Origin: an uncultured Methanoregulaceae archaeon
GTDB taxonomy: Archaea; Halobacteriota; Methanomicrobia; Methanomicrobiales; Methanospirillaceae
NCBI GenBank assembly: GCA_963737635.1
Contig: CAVTTL010000001.1
Location: 1,600,001-1,664,000, forward strand
DNA: 64,000 nt
Direction of reading: 5' to 3'
Shown: piece after piece, positions 52,943 through 62,838 of the stretch
How positions within the stretch are numbered: the stretch's first letter is position 1
Layout: every line of letters begins with the position of its first letter
Program-made: the position numbers and the translations under genes
Notes under the pieces: generated by a model
The model's input: only the letters and a program-made list of their open reading frames with translations
Databases searched by the model: none
What the model was told of the DNA's origin: nothing

Positions 52943-53650
52943 ATGAAATTACCAAACATAAGTTTCCGATCAGCCGCATTCATTGTAATCGGCGTAATGA
53001 TGATCGGCCTCCTCTTGAGCCCGGTGAGCGCGGCTTCCGGGTTCTTCTCGTTCGGCAACACGACCAGCAATCCTTCCGTTGACCATCACCACGCGTTCAA
53101 CAGCACGCAGATGACGGCACAGGTCCAGGGATTCCTTACGAACCTTTCAGCGCAGGGAGTGGATGTAAGCACGGCACAGGCTGACCTCTCCTCAGGCAAT
53201 ATGACCGCCGTTTTCCAGTGGCTTATGGCCTATCACCAGGCCAACCCGGGCTCCGCGATGATTGGCGCCCACCAGCATGCGTTCAACAGTACCATGATGA
53301 CCACCCGGCTTCAGTCGGCAGTCACAAAACTTGGCCAGAATGGCGTTGACGTGAGCCAGGTACAGGCAGATCTTTCATCAGGGAACCTGACCGCAACAAT
53401 GCAGTGGATGGCAGCCTACCACAAGGCACATCCGTCCCAGAAAGGCAACACGACTGCCATGCAGGGCTTCAACAGCACCCAAAGGAACCAGAATGGTGGG
53501 ATGCGCCATGCGGGTTTCGGTAACACAACTGCTTGGCATGGTTTCAACGGTACCCAAAGGAACCAGAATGGTAGGATACACCAGGCAGGTTCCGGTAACC
53601 AGTCTGCATGGAACAAATGGTTCGTGGCCACCCCTACGCAGGGTTCCTGA
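52943..53650 (+). CDS. Secreted protein with internal repeats
   Basis: Signal peptide ending PVSA; two HAFNST..GVDVS..QADLSSGN..W.AYH repeats and two GFN.TQRNQNG repeats. Confidence 0.75.
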   Translation: MKLPNISFRSAAFIVIGVMMIGLLLSPVSAASGFFSFGNTTSNPSVDHHHAFNSTQMTAQVQGFLTNLSAQGVDVSTAQADLSSGNMTAVFQWLMAYHQANPGSAMIGAHQHAFNSTMMTTRLQSAVTKLGQNGVDVSQVQADLSSGNLTATMQWMAAYHKAHPSQKGNTTAMQGFNSTQRNQNGGMRHAGFGNTTAWHGFNGTQRNQNGRIHQAGSGNQSAWNKWFVATPTQGS

Positions 53651-53894
53651 ACACATATCGTTCGACGTTAAAGGCATAAGAGATCGGGTTTACCCACTAC
53701 AACGTGTGAATGTGGGGTCGGCAGGTTCCGGGTAAACTGCCGGCTCTGAACTATTTTTTAGACTGGATGGTTCCTGATGCATCTTTGAGACTCTCTACAT
53801 ATTAGAAATTTTTCCTGTCGGTCTAACAGAGAGAACAGGGATCAAACGAGGTGCTTATAGAGTTACATTGTTAATATTCACACAGGAAACGGAA

Positions 53895-54110
53895 ATGCAG
53901 CCTTTCACGATCATTGTTGAAAAACACCCCGACGGATTTGTCGCTTATCCTGTTGGGATGAAAGGAGTGGTCGTGGGTGAAGGAAACACGTACAATGAAG
54001 CGATAGCGGATGTAACTTCCGCAATCCGATTCCATATTGAAACATTCGGCAAGGATGCTTTTTCTGATGACGATGTCATCGAGACGCAACTTGCCGAGGT
54101 TGCATTGTAA
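53895..54110 (+). CDS. hicB: HicB family antitoxin
   Basis: VEKHPDGFVAYP..VVGEGNTYNEA. Confidence 0.8.
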   Translation: MQPFTIIVEKHPDGFVAYPVGMKGVVVGEGNTYNEAIADVTSAIRFHIETFGKDAFSDDDVIETQLAEVAL

Positions 54111-54347
54111 ATGAAGCTCTCCCATGATGCACCAAAACAAAGAGTAATCAAAACATTTCTGGCATTGGGATTCCGGTTGGTCCGGGTCGGGAACCATATA
54201 GCGATGGAACGGGACGATCCCGACGGCACAAAGACGCCGCTTACTATGCCGAACCATGAGACAATAAAAGGCTCAACTCTGCGGACTATCTGTATCCAGC
54301 CCGGTATTTCCCGCGATGCATTTCTGATCGAGTACGAAAAAAAGTAA
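54111..54347 (+). CDS. hicA: HicA family toxin
   Basis: LGFRLVRVGNHI..LTMPNH..IKGSTL. Confidence 0.82.
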   Translation: MKLSHDAPKQRVIKTFLALGFRLVRVGNHIAMERDDPDGTKTPLTMPNHETIKGSTLRTICIQPGISRDAFLIEYEKK

Positions 54348-54390
54348 TGAAATACTGCCCCGTTTTGCAGACGGGTGATGGAAGATCAGA

Positions 54391-54468
54391 TGATCGCCGC
54401 TCTGGCGGGCTGCTCGTCCGGCGCTGGTGGATCCGCAAACAGAACCCGGCCTTGTTCCGGGAATACGA
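54391..54468 (+). repeat. 78-bp direct repeat, left copy
   Basis: Matches 55271-55348 with 2 mismatches. Confidence 0.92.
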
Positions 54469-54629
54469 TTAATTCTTTTTTTCGGTTTGTCACCCGGCCG
54501 CATTCGGGAGCCGGATCCAGGTGAATTGCAGGAACTTCTAAAAAAATAAGAGGATGCGGTCCGGCAAACAAAAACCATATACATCCCGGGATCCCATCAT
54601 TCTTCAACTCAAAAGAGCGGGATATCAGG

Positions 54630-54920
54630 ATGAAACGATCGGAACTGGTGCAGCAAAAACGGGGGGAGATCGCGGAGATTGCACGCCGCCATGGTGTGAC
54701 CAGTATCCGCCTTTTCGGTTCCGCTGCACGCGGAGATGACAGGCCGGACAGCGATATCGATTTTCTCATCGAGGCCGGACCTGTTCATTCCCCCTGGTTC
54801 CCGGGAGGTCTCGTTTCCGATCTGGAGGAACTCTTAGGCTGCCGGGTGGATGTTGTGGAGACCACAAGTATTTCCATGAACCTTCGCCAGCGGATCCTCC
54901 AGGAGTCAATTCCGTTATGA
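54630..54920 (+). CDS. MNT nucleotidyltransferase antitoxin
   Basis: LFGSAARGD..SDIDFL and LLGCRVDV. Confidence 0.9.
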   Translation: MKRSELVQQKRGEIAEIARRHGVTSIRLFGSAARGDDRPDSDIDFLIEAGPVHSPWFPGGLVSDLEELLGCRVDVVETTSISMNLRQRILQESIPL

Positions 54921-55258
54921 AGGATGACCGGGTCTACTTGGAGTTTATTCTGGAATCGCTTGGCGAGATCCGTGAATATACCCGGCAGGGTTCAGTTGCA
55001 TTTCTCGATGACCGGAGAACACAGCTTGCCGTACTCCGGCTGCTTCAGGTTATGGCAGAATCAACCCAGCGCCTCTCTCCGGAAATCTGCGAATCCTGTC
55101 CGGAAATCCCGTGGAAAAATATTGCCGGCCTCCGGAATGTTCTTGTCCATGCGTACATGAATATCGATCCGCACCGTATCTGGGAGATCGTTGAACACGA
55201 TATCCCTCCCTTTGAGGAACAGATCCGGCTACTGGCCGCCCGGAAAAAGAAAGAGTAG
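54917..55258 (+). CDS. HepT/DUF86 HEPN ribonuclease toxin
   Basis: IPWKNIAGLRNVLVHAY (RX4HXY motif). Confidence 0.9.
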   Translation: MKDDRVYLEFILESLGEIREYTRQGSVAFLDDRRTQLAVLRLLQVMAESTQRLSPEICESCPEIPWKNIAGLRNVLVHAYMNIDPHRIWEIVEHDIPPFEEQIRLLAARKKKE

Positions 55259-55270
55259 TGAAGATCGCCC

Positions 55271-55348
55271 TGATCGCCGCTCTGGCGGGCTGCTCGTCCG
55301 GCGCTGGTGGATCTGCAAACAGAACCCGGCCTCGTTCCGGGAATACGA
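55271..55348 (+). repeat. 78-bp direct repeat, right copy
   Basis: Matches 54391-54468. Confidence 0.92.
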
Positions 55349-55405
55349 CTGAGAGAATAACCCGTCAGAACGTACTATCAAAAATTCTCAAATTAAAAAA
55401 AAAGA

Positions 55406-56209
55406 TTATTTTTTCATGAAAAGCTTGCCGTATACAGTCTCGCCCTTCTTCTTGGGGTGGCGCTCGCCGAGGTCCCCGATATATTCGTCAAACTTTGCCT
55501 TGGTGCCGTCGACGTCGAGGTCGACCTCGCCGACCTTCTTGTAGCCGGGCATCATGACATTGATCGAGCCGAATACATAGATCTCGCCTTTCACGAGCTG
55601 CCCACCGACGCGGCGGTTTGCGTTGCCCTTGAGGATGATCTTGCCCCCTTCCATGTGGGTACCGAGGTGGATATCGACATTGCCTTCGATGATCATCGGT
55701 ACCGCCGGTCATGAAGCTTAGCGACATCAGAACCAGCGTTTCCTTTCACACGGAGGACGCCACCTGACATCCCTCGCCAGTCGCCACGGTATGCGGCGCC
55801 GAGATAGTTGCCGGCGTTGCCTTCAATAGTAAATTCCCCGCCTTTCAGGGCAAGACCGCAGAACGAGTGGACGTTTCCCTTGACGAGGAGCTTGCCTCCG
55901 CTCATCCAGCTGCCGGTGTACATATCGCAGTCGGAGTTGACTACCATCTCACCGGCGGTCATTTTGGCGCCGATGTACTTCATCTTGGAGCAGTCGCCGT
56001 TCACGACGATCTTTGTATCGGCTGCCGTTGCCCCGGCGTCGCCTGCAATCGTAAAGTAATCCCCCAGGGTGGACATCTCCTTGCCCTGGTATGCCGGGAG
56101 TTTTGCGATCTGGTCAGCAGTCTTGCCCGGCTAAGGTGTCGGGATTCAGGCTCTCGCATTCAAGATAGAGCTCCGGCACTTTCTTTACAGTCAGTGTAAT
56201 CGTGTCCAT
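55406..56209 (-). CDS. fwdC: Formylmethanofuran dehydrogenase subunit C; several frameshifts
   Basis: GAAYRGDWRGMSGG and GxxMxxG beta-helix repeats. Confidence 0.9.
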
Positions 56210-56220
56210 TCCTTTTCACC

Positions 56221-57927
56221 TCACTGAACCGCATCCACGGTAAGAATATGCTGGTGCGGTGCATAACTTTCGGGAACGGGGTAGTTGTTCTCGTTGAGAC
56301 TGTAGTATTTGAGGAACTTTTCCCGTATATCGTGCATGACCTGCTTGTTCTCATTGACCTTGGCATCCACCCAGAAGGTGTGCTTGTTGCCCATGTCAAC
56401 GATCTTGCCTTCTTCAACACAGATCTTCCCGTCCTTGAAGAGATACGCCACGTTTGCAAACGCTTTCTCAATTTCAGGGCCGGTAGAGGGGAACGCGTCC
56501 GGGTCGATGTTGTAGATCGCAATATCTGCATTCATTCCGGGTGCAAGGCCACCGTAGTCCTTGGAAAGGCCGAGTGCTCGTGCCGGGCCGGCGCGGGTCA
56601 TCTGGGACAGCTCGTAGAGCGTGATTTCACGGTCGATGTTTGCGAGGTTTGTTGCACTGATGACCTTATCGGCTTTTTTGAACGAGTTGAGCAGATCGTC
56701 ACGGACCTTCTTGGACATCAGCCAAGAGTAGACACGCGGGTAGCGGGTGAACGGTCCTGCGTTCGGGTGATCTGTGGTGATGAAGCAGCGCATCGGGTCT
56801 TTTGCATAGAGTGGAATTTCAAGCCCGACTGCCCACTGGGAGCAGAATACCGGGTTGCTAGGATCGTAGATGAATGGCACAACGCCCGCCCCGGTCTCCA
56901 GTTCAACATCAACATTGAACCACTTGAGGTGGTTGATGCTATGGAGGTGGTGCTCAAACGGACCATCCGCAGTCATCGTGGTGGTCTCGTCAAGCGTCAC
57001 GTTACCGGTATCTATGGTGAGGTTCTTCTGCTTGTTGACGTAGTCCATGACTTCCTTTGCACCGGACTCGAAGTCACCCCAGTTCGTTCCTTTATATGAG
57101 TGGAACTGGAGGTGGGTGGAGTGCAGAACCTGCTCGCGCCCGAACTTGTTCGTGGTCTTCATCCCTTCTGCGAGAGCCAATGATTCGATCGTGGTCTTAT
57201 AGTTGCCAGGGTTACCGAGGTCGTTCTGGTGGAGGTGCATCGAATGGGGCAGGCCAAGATACTCGTTAGCCGCTATCAGGCCCTTGATGATCTCCGCCGG
57301 GGTGATATCGAAGTACGGGACCGGGTCGTGGATGGTGAGACAGTTGAGTCCCCATGCCCAGGCTTCTGTGCCGCCGGGGTTAACCACCTTGACACCATAC
57401 CCTTTGGTCTGGCGCAGAATCCATGCAATATATGCCGCCGTGTTCTCGATCTCCTGGTTCTTCAGGTATTCGAGGATAAACCAGTTGTTCCCGAAGACGG
57501 GAAGGGCTGCTTCATCGATGATCGGCGTGTCGTGGATCTCCTCGTGCACGTGGCGGGCGTACATGGGGGGCATCGCTGCTTCCATGACAAAGGTGAACCC
57601 CATCCGTGCGTATGCGTAACCGGTCTTGAAGACCGTCGGAATAGACTTGCCGCCTTCAATACGAGTAATCCCGGGAACCTTGTGGGAGTCGAAATGCTTG
57701 TCTTCAGGGCGGTACCAGCGTCCGGCATTAACCTTTGGGCCTGCCACGTGAGAGTGGATATCGAGAGCCCCGGCCATGACCGTCTTGCCTTTGGCATCGA
57801 TTACCTTTGCTGAAGACCCGACTTTATCAACGATCTTCCCGTCCTTGACGGAGATATCCTTCTTGTCTCCTTTGATGCCCTGCACCGCGTCAAAGACGTG
57901 TCCGTTCTTGATAATATATTCTGACAT
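56221..57927 (-). CDS. fwdA: Formylmethanofuran dehydrogenase subunit A
   Basis: DIHSHVAG, VNPGG, TADGP and TTDHPN. Confidence 0.96.
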   Translation of the reverse strand: MSEYIIKNGHVFDAVQGIKGDKKDISVKDGKIVDKVGSSAKVIDAKGKTVMAGALDIHSHVAGPKVNAGRWYRPEDKHFDSHKVPGITRIEGGKSIPTVFKTGYAYARMGFTFVMEAAMPPMYARHVHEEIHDTPIIDEAALPVFGNNWFILEYLKNQEIENTAAYIAWILRQTKGYGVKVVNPGGTEAWAWGLNCLTIHDPVPYFDITPAEIIKGLIAANEYLGLPHSMHLHQNDLGNPGNYKTTIESLALAEGMKTTNKFGREQVLHSTHLQFHSYKGTNWGDFESGAKEVMDYVNKQKNLTIDTGNVTLDETTTMTADGPFEHHLHSINHLKWFNVDVELETGAGVVPFIYDPSNPVFCSQWAVGLEIPLYAKDPMRCFITTDHPNAGPFTRYPRVYSWLMSKKVRDDLLNSFKKADKVISATNLANIDREITLYELSQMTRAGPARALGLSKDYGGLAPGMNADIAIYNIDPDAFPSTGPEIEKAFANVAYLFKDGKICVEEGKIVDMGNKHTFWVDAKVNENKQVMHDIREKFLKYYSLNENNYPVPESYAPHQHILTVDAVQ

Positions 57928-59253
57928 TTACGCTCCTCCTTGGGCAAGGAGTTCATCAACACGGTGGTTGATCTTGGTCAGGAGTTCCTCGTCGGTCAAC
58001 ACGCCTTCCGGTGGGTCCACTACTTTGCGTGTCTCGATAGGGACGTTGTCCATACGATAGGCACAACCTCCTGTCTCCACGCCCACCATAGCGACCGGGA
58101 TGTGGATATCGGAGATCTCGGTCGTGCAGTTAATGTGCGGGTCTACGGTGACAGTCGGCTTCTTGGAACTGCTGATCATCGCATCGACCGGGAAGTGTGC
58201 ACCGGGGTCAGTCGCGATGTAGAAACAGGCTTCGACCTCGTTCCGGTTGAGGAGATCGACCGAGGTCGTCTCTCCGGTCTGGTGCCGGGCCTGATCCCTC
58301 CGTGAGAGGTCCACCGCGTAGGGGAACCCGTACTGCCAGCCGAGAACCTGGCCGGAACCAGTAACGTTCCAGTGACCCCTCATGGCCATGATCGCGCATT
58401 TCGTGAAGTCGTTCAGGTCACGGGTCAGGTTGATCGCGATATCGATATTGTGGTTCCTGCCCATCGTGTGGGTAAGGCCCATACCAAAGAAGATGATCAC
58501 GAACCGGCCCTGTTTGAGATCTTCTGCGATCTCGTAGATCTTTTCTTTTGGGACGCCGCCGACCGTGTCGGGGAGCGTTTCACCGCGGGCTGCGGTCCTG
58601 AGCGCATTGAGCAGTTCATAGTCATAGCCCTGCTGGATCTGGATGAACTCGTCGGCAACCTTTGCAGTATCGGTGTACCGGCAATCAACGCAATAGATCT
58701 TCCGGCCCTTGTGCCCCTTGACGGTAAAAAAACCACGTGGGAAGATCGAGTACCGTGACATATGACGGGGGTGGGCGTGTGCCGGGTTGCATCCCCAGAA
58801 GATAACACGATCCGCACGGTTCTTGACCTCACCAAGGGTACACGTCGGGACACCGACATCCTCGATAGCGATCAGGGAAGAGCCGTGGCAGACCGTTGCA
58901 CAGTTATCGACAATAGCGCCGACTTTTTCTGCAATTTCGTGGCCGATGCTCATGGCCTGGCAGCTGGTGGATGCCCAGCCGTACATGAGCGTCTTTCGAG
59001 ACTTCACCAGCATATGTGCAGTCCAGTCGATCGCCTCATCGTAGGTGATCTCCTTATAGGTTCCGTCAGCCTGGCGCATCCGCGGGCGCTTGACCCGGCC
59101 CGGGAGCCGCTGGTGGTTGAACTTCTCGGCGCCGATAGCACACGCGTTCTTGACCCCGAGGATCGTCTTGTTGTCATCGGATACCGTAATGCGGACATCG
59201 TCGCACAGCGTCCCGCAGAACGGACAGATAACATCAGTTACTTCTTTTGGCAT
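57928..59253 (-). CDS. fwdB: Formylmethanofuran dehydrogenase subunit B (Cys form)
   Basis: CPFCGTLCDD, TVCHG, HAHPRHMSRY and MRGHWNV. Confidence 0.96.
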   Translation of the reverse strand: MPKEVTDVICPFCGTLCDDVRITVSDDNKTILGVKNACAIGAEKFNHQRLPGRVKRPRMRQADGTYKEITYDEAIDWTAHMLVKSRKTLMYGWASTSCQAMSIGHEIAEKVGAIVDNCATVCHGSSLIAIEDVGVPTCTLGEVKNRADRVIFWGCNPAHAHPRHMSRYSIFPRGFFTVKGHKGRKIYCVDCRYTDTAKVADEFIQIQQGYDYELLNALRTAARGETLPDTVGGVPKEKIYEIAEDLKQGRFVIIFFGMGLTHTMGRNHNIDIAINLTRDLNDFTKCAIMAMRGHWNVTGSGQVLGWQYGFPYAVDLSRRDQARHQTGETTSVDLLNRNEVEACFYIATDPGAHFPVDAMISSSKKPTVTVDPHINCTTEISDIHIPVAMVGVETGGCAYRMDNVPIETRKVVDPPEGVLTDEELLTKINHRVDELLAQGGA

Positions 59254-59259
59254 CCGTCA

Positions 59260-59670
59260 TCACTTCCTGATAAGTCCGCAGGCATCCTGCAGAATTTCTA
59301 TTGCTCCCATGATACGTTCGCTTGCGGCAATCTCTATATCGGCCGGGAATCCCTTGAAACAGGGCTCGCCCGTAGAGAATGTATATGCCGGTACAATACG
59401 GTTAGCCCATGGTCCCATCGGGATGTGGGCAAGGCCCGGGACCAGATCCTCGCGGGTCTCGACTGCCTTTAAAATGACGCTTCCAACCGAACTGGTGACC
59501 CGTACATTGGTGTTCTTCCACACCCCGAGTCTTTTGAAATCATCCGGGTGCAACTGGATAATGGTGCAGGCATCAAAGTACTTCTGGGAAGTCTTGCCCG
59601 CTTCCATGCCGACGCCCTGCTGGATCGTGCGGCAGGTGATAATATTAAGGGTAATCTTTTTCTCAACCAT
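59260..59670 (-). CDS. fwdD: Formylmethanofuran dehydrogenase subunit D
   Basis: RTIQQG, IPMGPWAN and TGEPCFKG. Confidence 0.92.
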   Translation of the reverse strand: MVEKKITLNIITCRTIQQGVGMEAGKTSQKYFDACTIIQLHPDDFKRLGVWKNTNVRVTSSVGSVILKAVETREDLVPGLAHIPMGPWANRIVPAYTFSTGEPCFKGFPADIEIAASERIMGAIEILQDACGLIRK

Positions 59671-59690
59671 AATATCTCTCACACGTACGG

Positions 59691-59954
59691 TCAGACGTTG
59701 ACCATCGACTCTCTCGTACCTTTGCCAGAGAGCTGTATCACATCATACGGGCATGCTTCCACGCATACGCCGCATCCTGCACACAATTCTTTCTTGAAAT
59801 CGATACTTACTGATATACCGTCTTGGACCTGGTAGATCTTCTCATTAGTTACCGGATCAAGGGTGTACAGTTCCAGTGCATCTACCGGGCATGCAGCGAC
59901 ACAATTTCCGCAGCCCGTACACCGGTTCACATTGACATGTACTGAAAATGCCAT
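59691..59954 (-). CDS. fwdG: 2x[4Fe-4S] ferredoxin subunit of the fwd operon (FwdG-like)
   Basis: CTGCGNCVAACP and CAGCGVCVEACP; first gene of the operon. Confidence 0.7.
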   Translation of the reverse strand: MAFSVHVNVNRCTGCGNCVAACPVDALELYTLDPVTNEKIYQVQDGISVSIDFKKELCAGCGVCVEACPYDVIQLSGKGTRESMVNV

Positions 59955-60330
59955 GCTTAATCACACACACAAAACAATTACGGGAATCAAATTCCTTAAT
60001 TCAAGAGTTATCTAGAAAGAGTAATTAAACATTGTTATGTCTGCAAACGGTCAAGCAGAACATTTTAACGATACATTAAAATTTTTTAGAGTGCTTAACT
60101 CACGACATATTTTCTCTCTCGATGTTGACCTACGATGTGAATGAATTTTGCATTTTCTGGCATTTTTTGACTTACTCCAGAATATTGTTTTCATTAAATA
60201 ATTATCATTTTTCCTTCTTGCAAACAAACAGACAAAAAAAGGGTCAACGCGCGAAAAAGCCTCTCTATGACAGCAAAGATCTCAATAGCTTCTGCACCCG
60301 GTGATCTGATGCAAAAAAGAGGAGAGAAGT

Positions 60331-61269
60331 TCACAGCCTGTACGTTGTTCCAACCGTATTGAGGATGCAGGTCCCCGGCATTGCCGAAATGAACCGGTTG
60401 ATCGCATCCCAGCCGGTACAATGCATAGGCACGATATAGGCCGGATCAATCTGTCTCATCGCCTCGATCGTCGGCGCGATGACCGGCGCAAAGAGTGGCC
60501 CGGTCAGGTGGAATCCGCCAAGAACCGCAAACACGCGATCGACACCGGTGATCTTCTGGGCATACCGGACGGTATTGATGATTCCGGCGTGAGCACAACC
60601 GCTGACAACCACCAGGCCCTTGTCTTTGATATTGATGACCAGCGCCTGATCGTCGAGGATTTTATCCGGGGTCCACTGGTTATCTATCCAGGCCTCCATA
60701 CCGGGGAACCCTTTCTCAAACGGCACGGTCCGTTCGATCTCACCGGTGACGAGTACGTGGCCGGATGCAAGAAGCGATGGCCCGGCATGCTCGCGGATGT
60801 CGGCCTTGTCCTGTTTTAAAGAGACCGCATCGAGCTTGGGGAGATTGACCGGCTCTTTACCCCGGCTGGTAAGTCTGCGGCTCAGGAATGCATCCGGGTG
60901 GACGATGAGCGGGACCTGGTGGCTGGCCACCTGGAGCAGCGATGGGAGTCCCCCGGTATGATCGAAATGACCATGACTCAAGACAACCGCCTCTGCTCGA
61001 CCGGGTTCAATACCCAGCTGCCGGGCGTTGTGGAGCATGCACCCGCACGAGAGACCTGTATCCAAAAGGATGTCATGTTCCTTCCCGTTTGAAAATAGTT
61101 TGAGGTAACAGGAAAAGCCATGTTCGGCCAGAAGGGGACGGTCCAGCGCGAACGGCGGTCGCAGGTCAACGGAGGTTTGTGGGGGAACGAAGATGTCGAT
61201 GTAATTGTCCACCAGTACCGTTATCTCAGCCCGGTCAGCTTCGTGAAGCTGGGGGGAATCGGTTTTCAT
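60331..61269 (-). CDS. MBL-fold metallo-hydrolase (COG1237-like)
   Basis: AEHGFS, SHGHFDHTGG, SGCAHAG, GGFHL and HCTG. Confidence 0.88.
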   Translation of the reverse strand: MKTDSPQLHEADRAEITVLVDNYIDIFVPPQTSVDLRPPFALDRPLLAEHGFSCYLKLFSNGKEHDILLDTGLSCGCMLHNARQLGIEPGRAEAVVLSHGHFDHTGGLPSLLQVASHQVPLIVHPDAFLSRRLTSRGKEPVNLPKLDAVSLKQDKADIREHAGPSLLASGHVLVTGEIERTVPFEKGFPGMEAWIDNQWTPDKILDDQALVINIKDKGLVVVSGCAHAGIINTVRYAQKITGVDRVFAVLGGFHLTGPLFAPVIAPTIEAMRQIDPAYIVPMHCTGWDAINRFISAMPGTCILNTVGTTYRL

Positions 61270-61315
61270 AGCAGCTAATCTTGTCTGGAACTGATTGAAT
61301 AGGTTTTCATCCGGC

Positions 61316-62536
61316 TTAGAAAAACAGAATCCGCGTTGGGCGACATCTGCCAGATTCATCCGGTGGATCAAACAGGAGTGTACTAAATGCCAGAAGATCA
61401 ATCTCCTTTATTGCGGCAAGCGTTCCGTGTTTCGATATCCCCCGCCGATGGAAGGGATCGGTCAGGGCATAAAAATGCAGGTTATCATTACCGGAAAGGT
61501 GAGAGATCAATTTGGGTAGTGTACCTGTTTCTGAATCTTGGGGAACCCTGTGTTCCCCGGTAAGGGCAAAGATCCCATCTTCAAGGAAAACGACCGTGGT
61601 CTGGATGCCCTGGTGGGCACAAGCGACAGCAAAAGCGACCCCGCCATAGGCATACTCAGTAGTGTAAGGGGTGTGAGTTATCAGGATGACAACCGAAGGG
61701 GTTTGAGGGGAAATCTGTTCCTTTTGTTCTGAAGGAGGACAGTGTATATAACCCGCATTCTCCGAAAGCAGAACCGGGGTATCTTTGCTATGGCGGATTA
61801 TAACGTCCAGGTCTTTGATATGCGCAGGTCTGACCACAAATAACGAACCGATAGTCCCAAGGCCGTCGTCCCATGATTCATATCCCCGTTTGCTGGCACA
61901 GTACCTGTTGACCATAACGGTACAGGGGAGGTTTTTCCCTGCCGCAGATTTCCCGAGCGTCTCGATGGCTGTTCCTCTATTTTCGGTCTCTCCGGGATTC
62001 TGGCCGATATGACTGATATGGCTGCCATCCAGATATGCGTACAAACTAACCCCGCAATCGAGATCCAGTGCGGCTGAAAGGAACCGGACCGCGTATCCCG
62101 CCGAAGGGAACATGTAGGGCGATGAGATCTGGAGCCAACCGATCCGCGGAGGAACCGGCCCGGGACCTTCGCGGATTTGGGAGATAACGGCTGCCCAGAA
62201 TGACGGGCTTTGACTGGATTCGCTTACCTGATCCGGAAAACTCTCCCGCAGGGGATCAAGGGAAATACCCCGGATATCCAATGCATCACGGTCGCAGATG
62301 AGCCTTACCTGAGGCAACGACAGCATTGACGACCATATATGCCGGGATTCGGCTTCGTTGAGGCTGTACAGGGCGTCCCCGGTAAGGAAAACCACAAAAT
62401 CCATAGATGTGGCGGATCCCTGATTACCGGAACCTTCGGCATGTGGTTTTTGGTAATGAAATTTGAGTACCTCTTCAATCCACGACAACCGTTCCTGCGT
62501 TACGACAGTACTTAAGAAAAGAACGTTCGCGGTCAT
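61316..62536 (-). CDS. Triple DsrE/DsrF-like domain protein, paralog of 39953-41194
   Basis: FLTGDALY, YLDG.HI, YCASKRGY and PY..E..FLEDG. Confidence 0.7.
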   Translation of the reverse strand: MTANVLFLSTVVTQERLSWIEEVLKFHYQKPHAEGSGNQGSATSMDFVVFLTGDALYSLNEAESRHIWSSMLSLPQVRLICDRDALDIRGISLDPLRESFPDQVSESSQSPSFWAAVISQIREGPGPVPPRIGWLQISSPYMFPSAGYAVRFLSAALDLDCGVSLYAYLDGSHISHIGQNPGETENRGTAIETLGKSAAGKNLPCTVMVNRYCASKRGYESWDDGLGTIGSLFVVRPAHIKDLDVIIRHSKDTPVLLSENAGYIHCPPSEQKEQISPQTPSVVILITHTPYTTEYAYGGVAFAVACAHQGIQTTVVFLEDGIFALTGEHRVPQDSETGTLPKLISHLSGNDNLHFYALTDPFHRRGISKHGTLAAIKEIDLLAFSTLLFDPPDESGRCRPTRILFF

Positions 62537-62838
62537 CTGCGGTCTGTCCTAGGTAATGTATGTAGATCAGGGATATTATCAATGTGACTTACGAATCCGG
62601 GCCGGTATTTACGGAAAAACGCCAAAAAAGAACTGAAGGTTTTGATAAGTTAACGATTGGTTGACATTGTTGCCGGTTGGTAAATTTACCCCTAACAAAT
62701 ATTTTTATTTTAAAAGCGTTCTTTATAGCATCAAAAAGAACGCACTAAAAGAGGATTGAGATTATGTGGCACTTGTCACATCAACGATCAATCTTATTGT
62801 AAGTCTTATATCTTTGATTATACATTTACCAAATTCAA

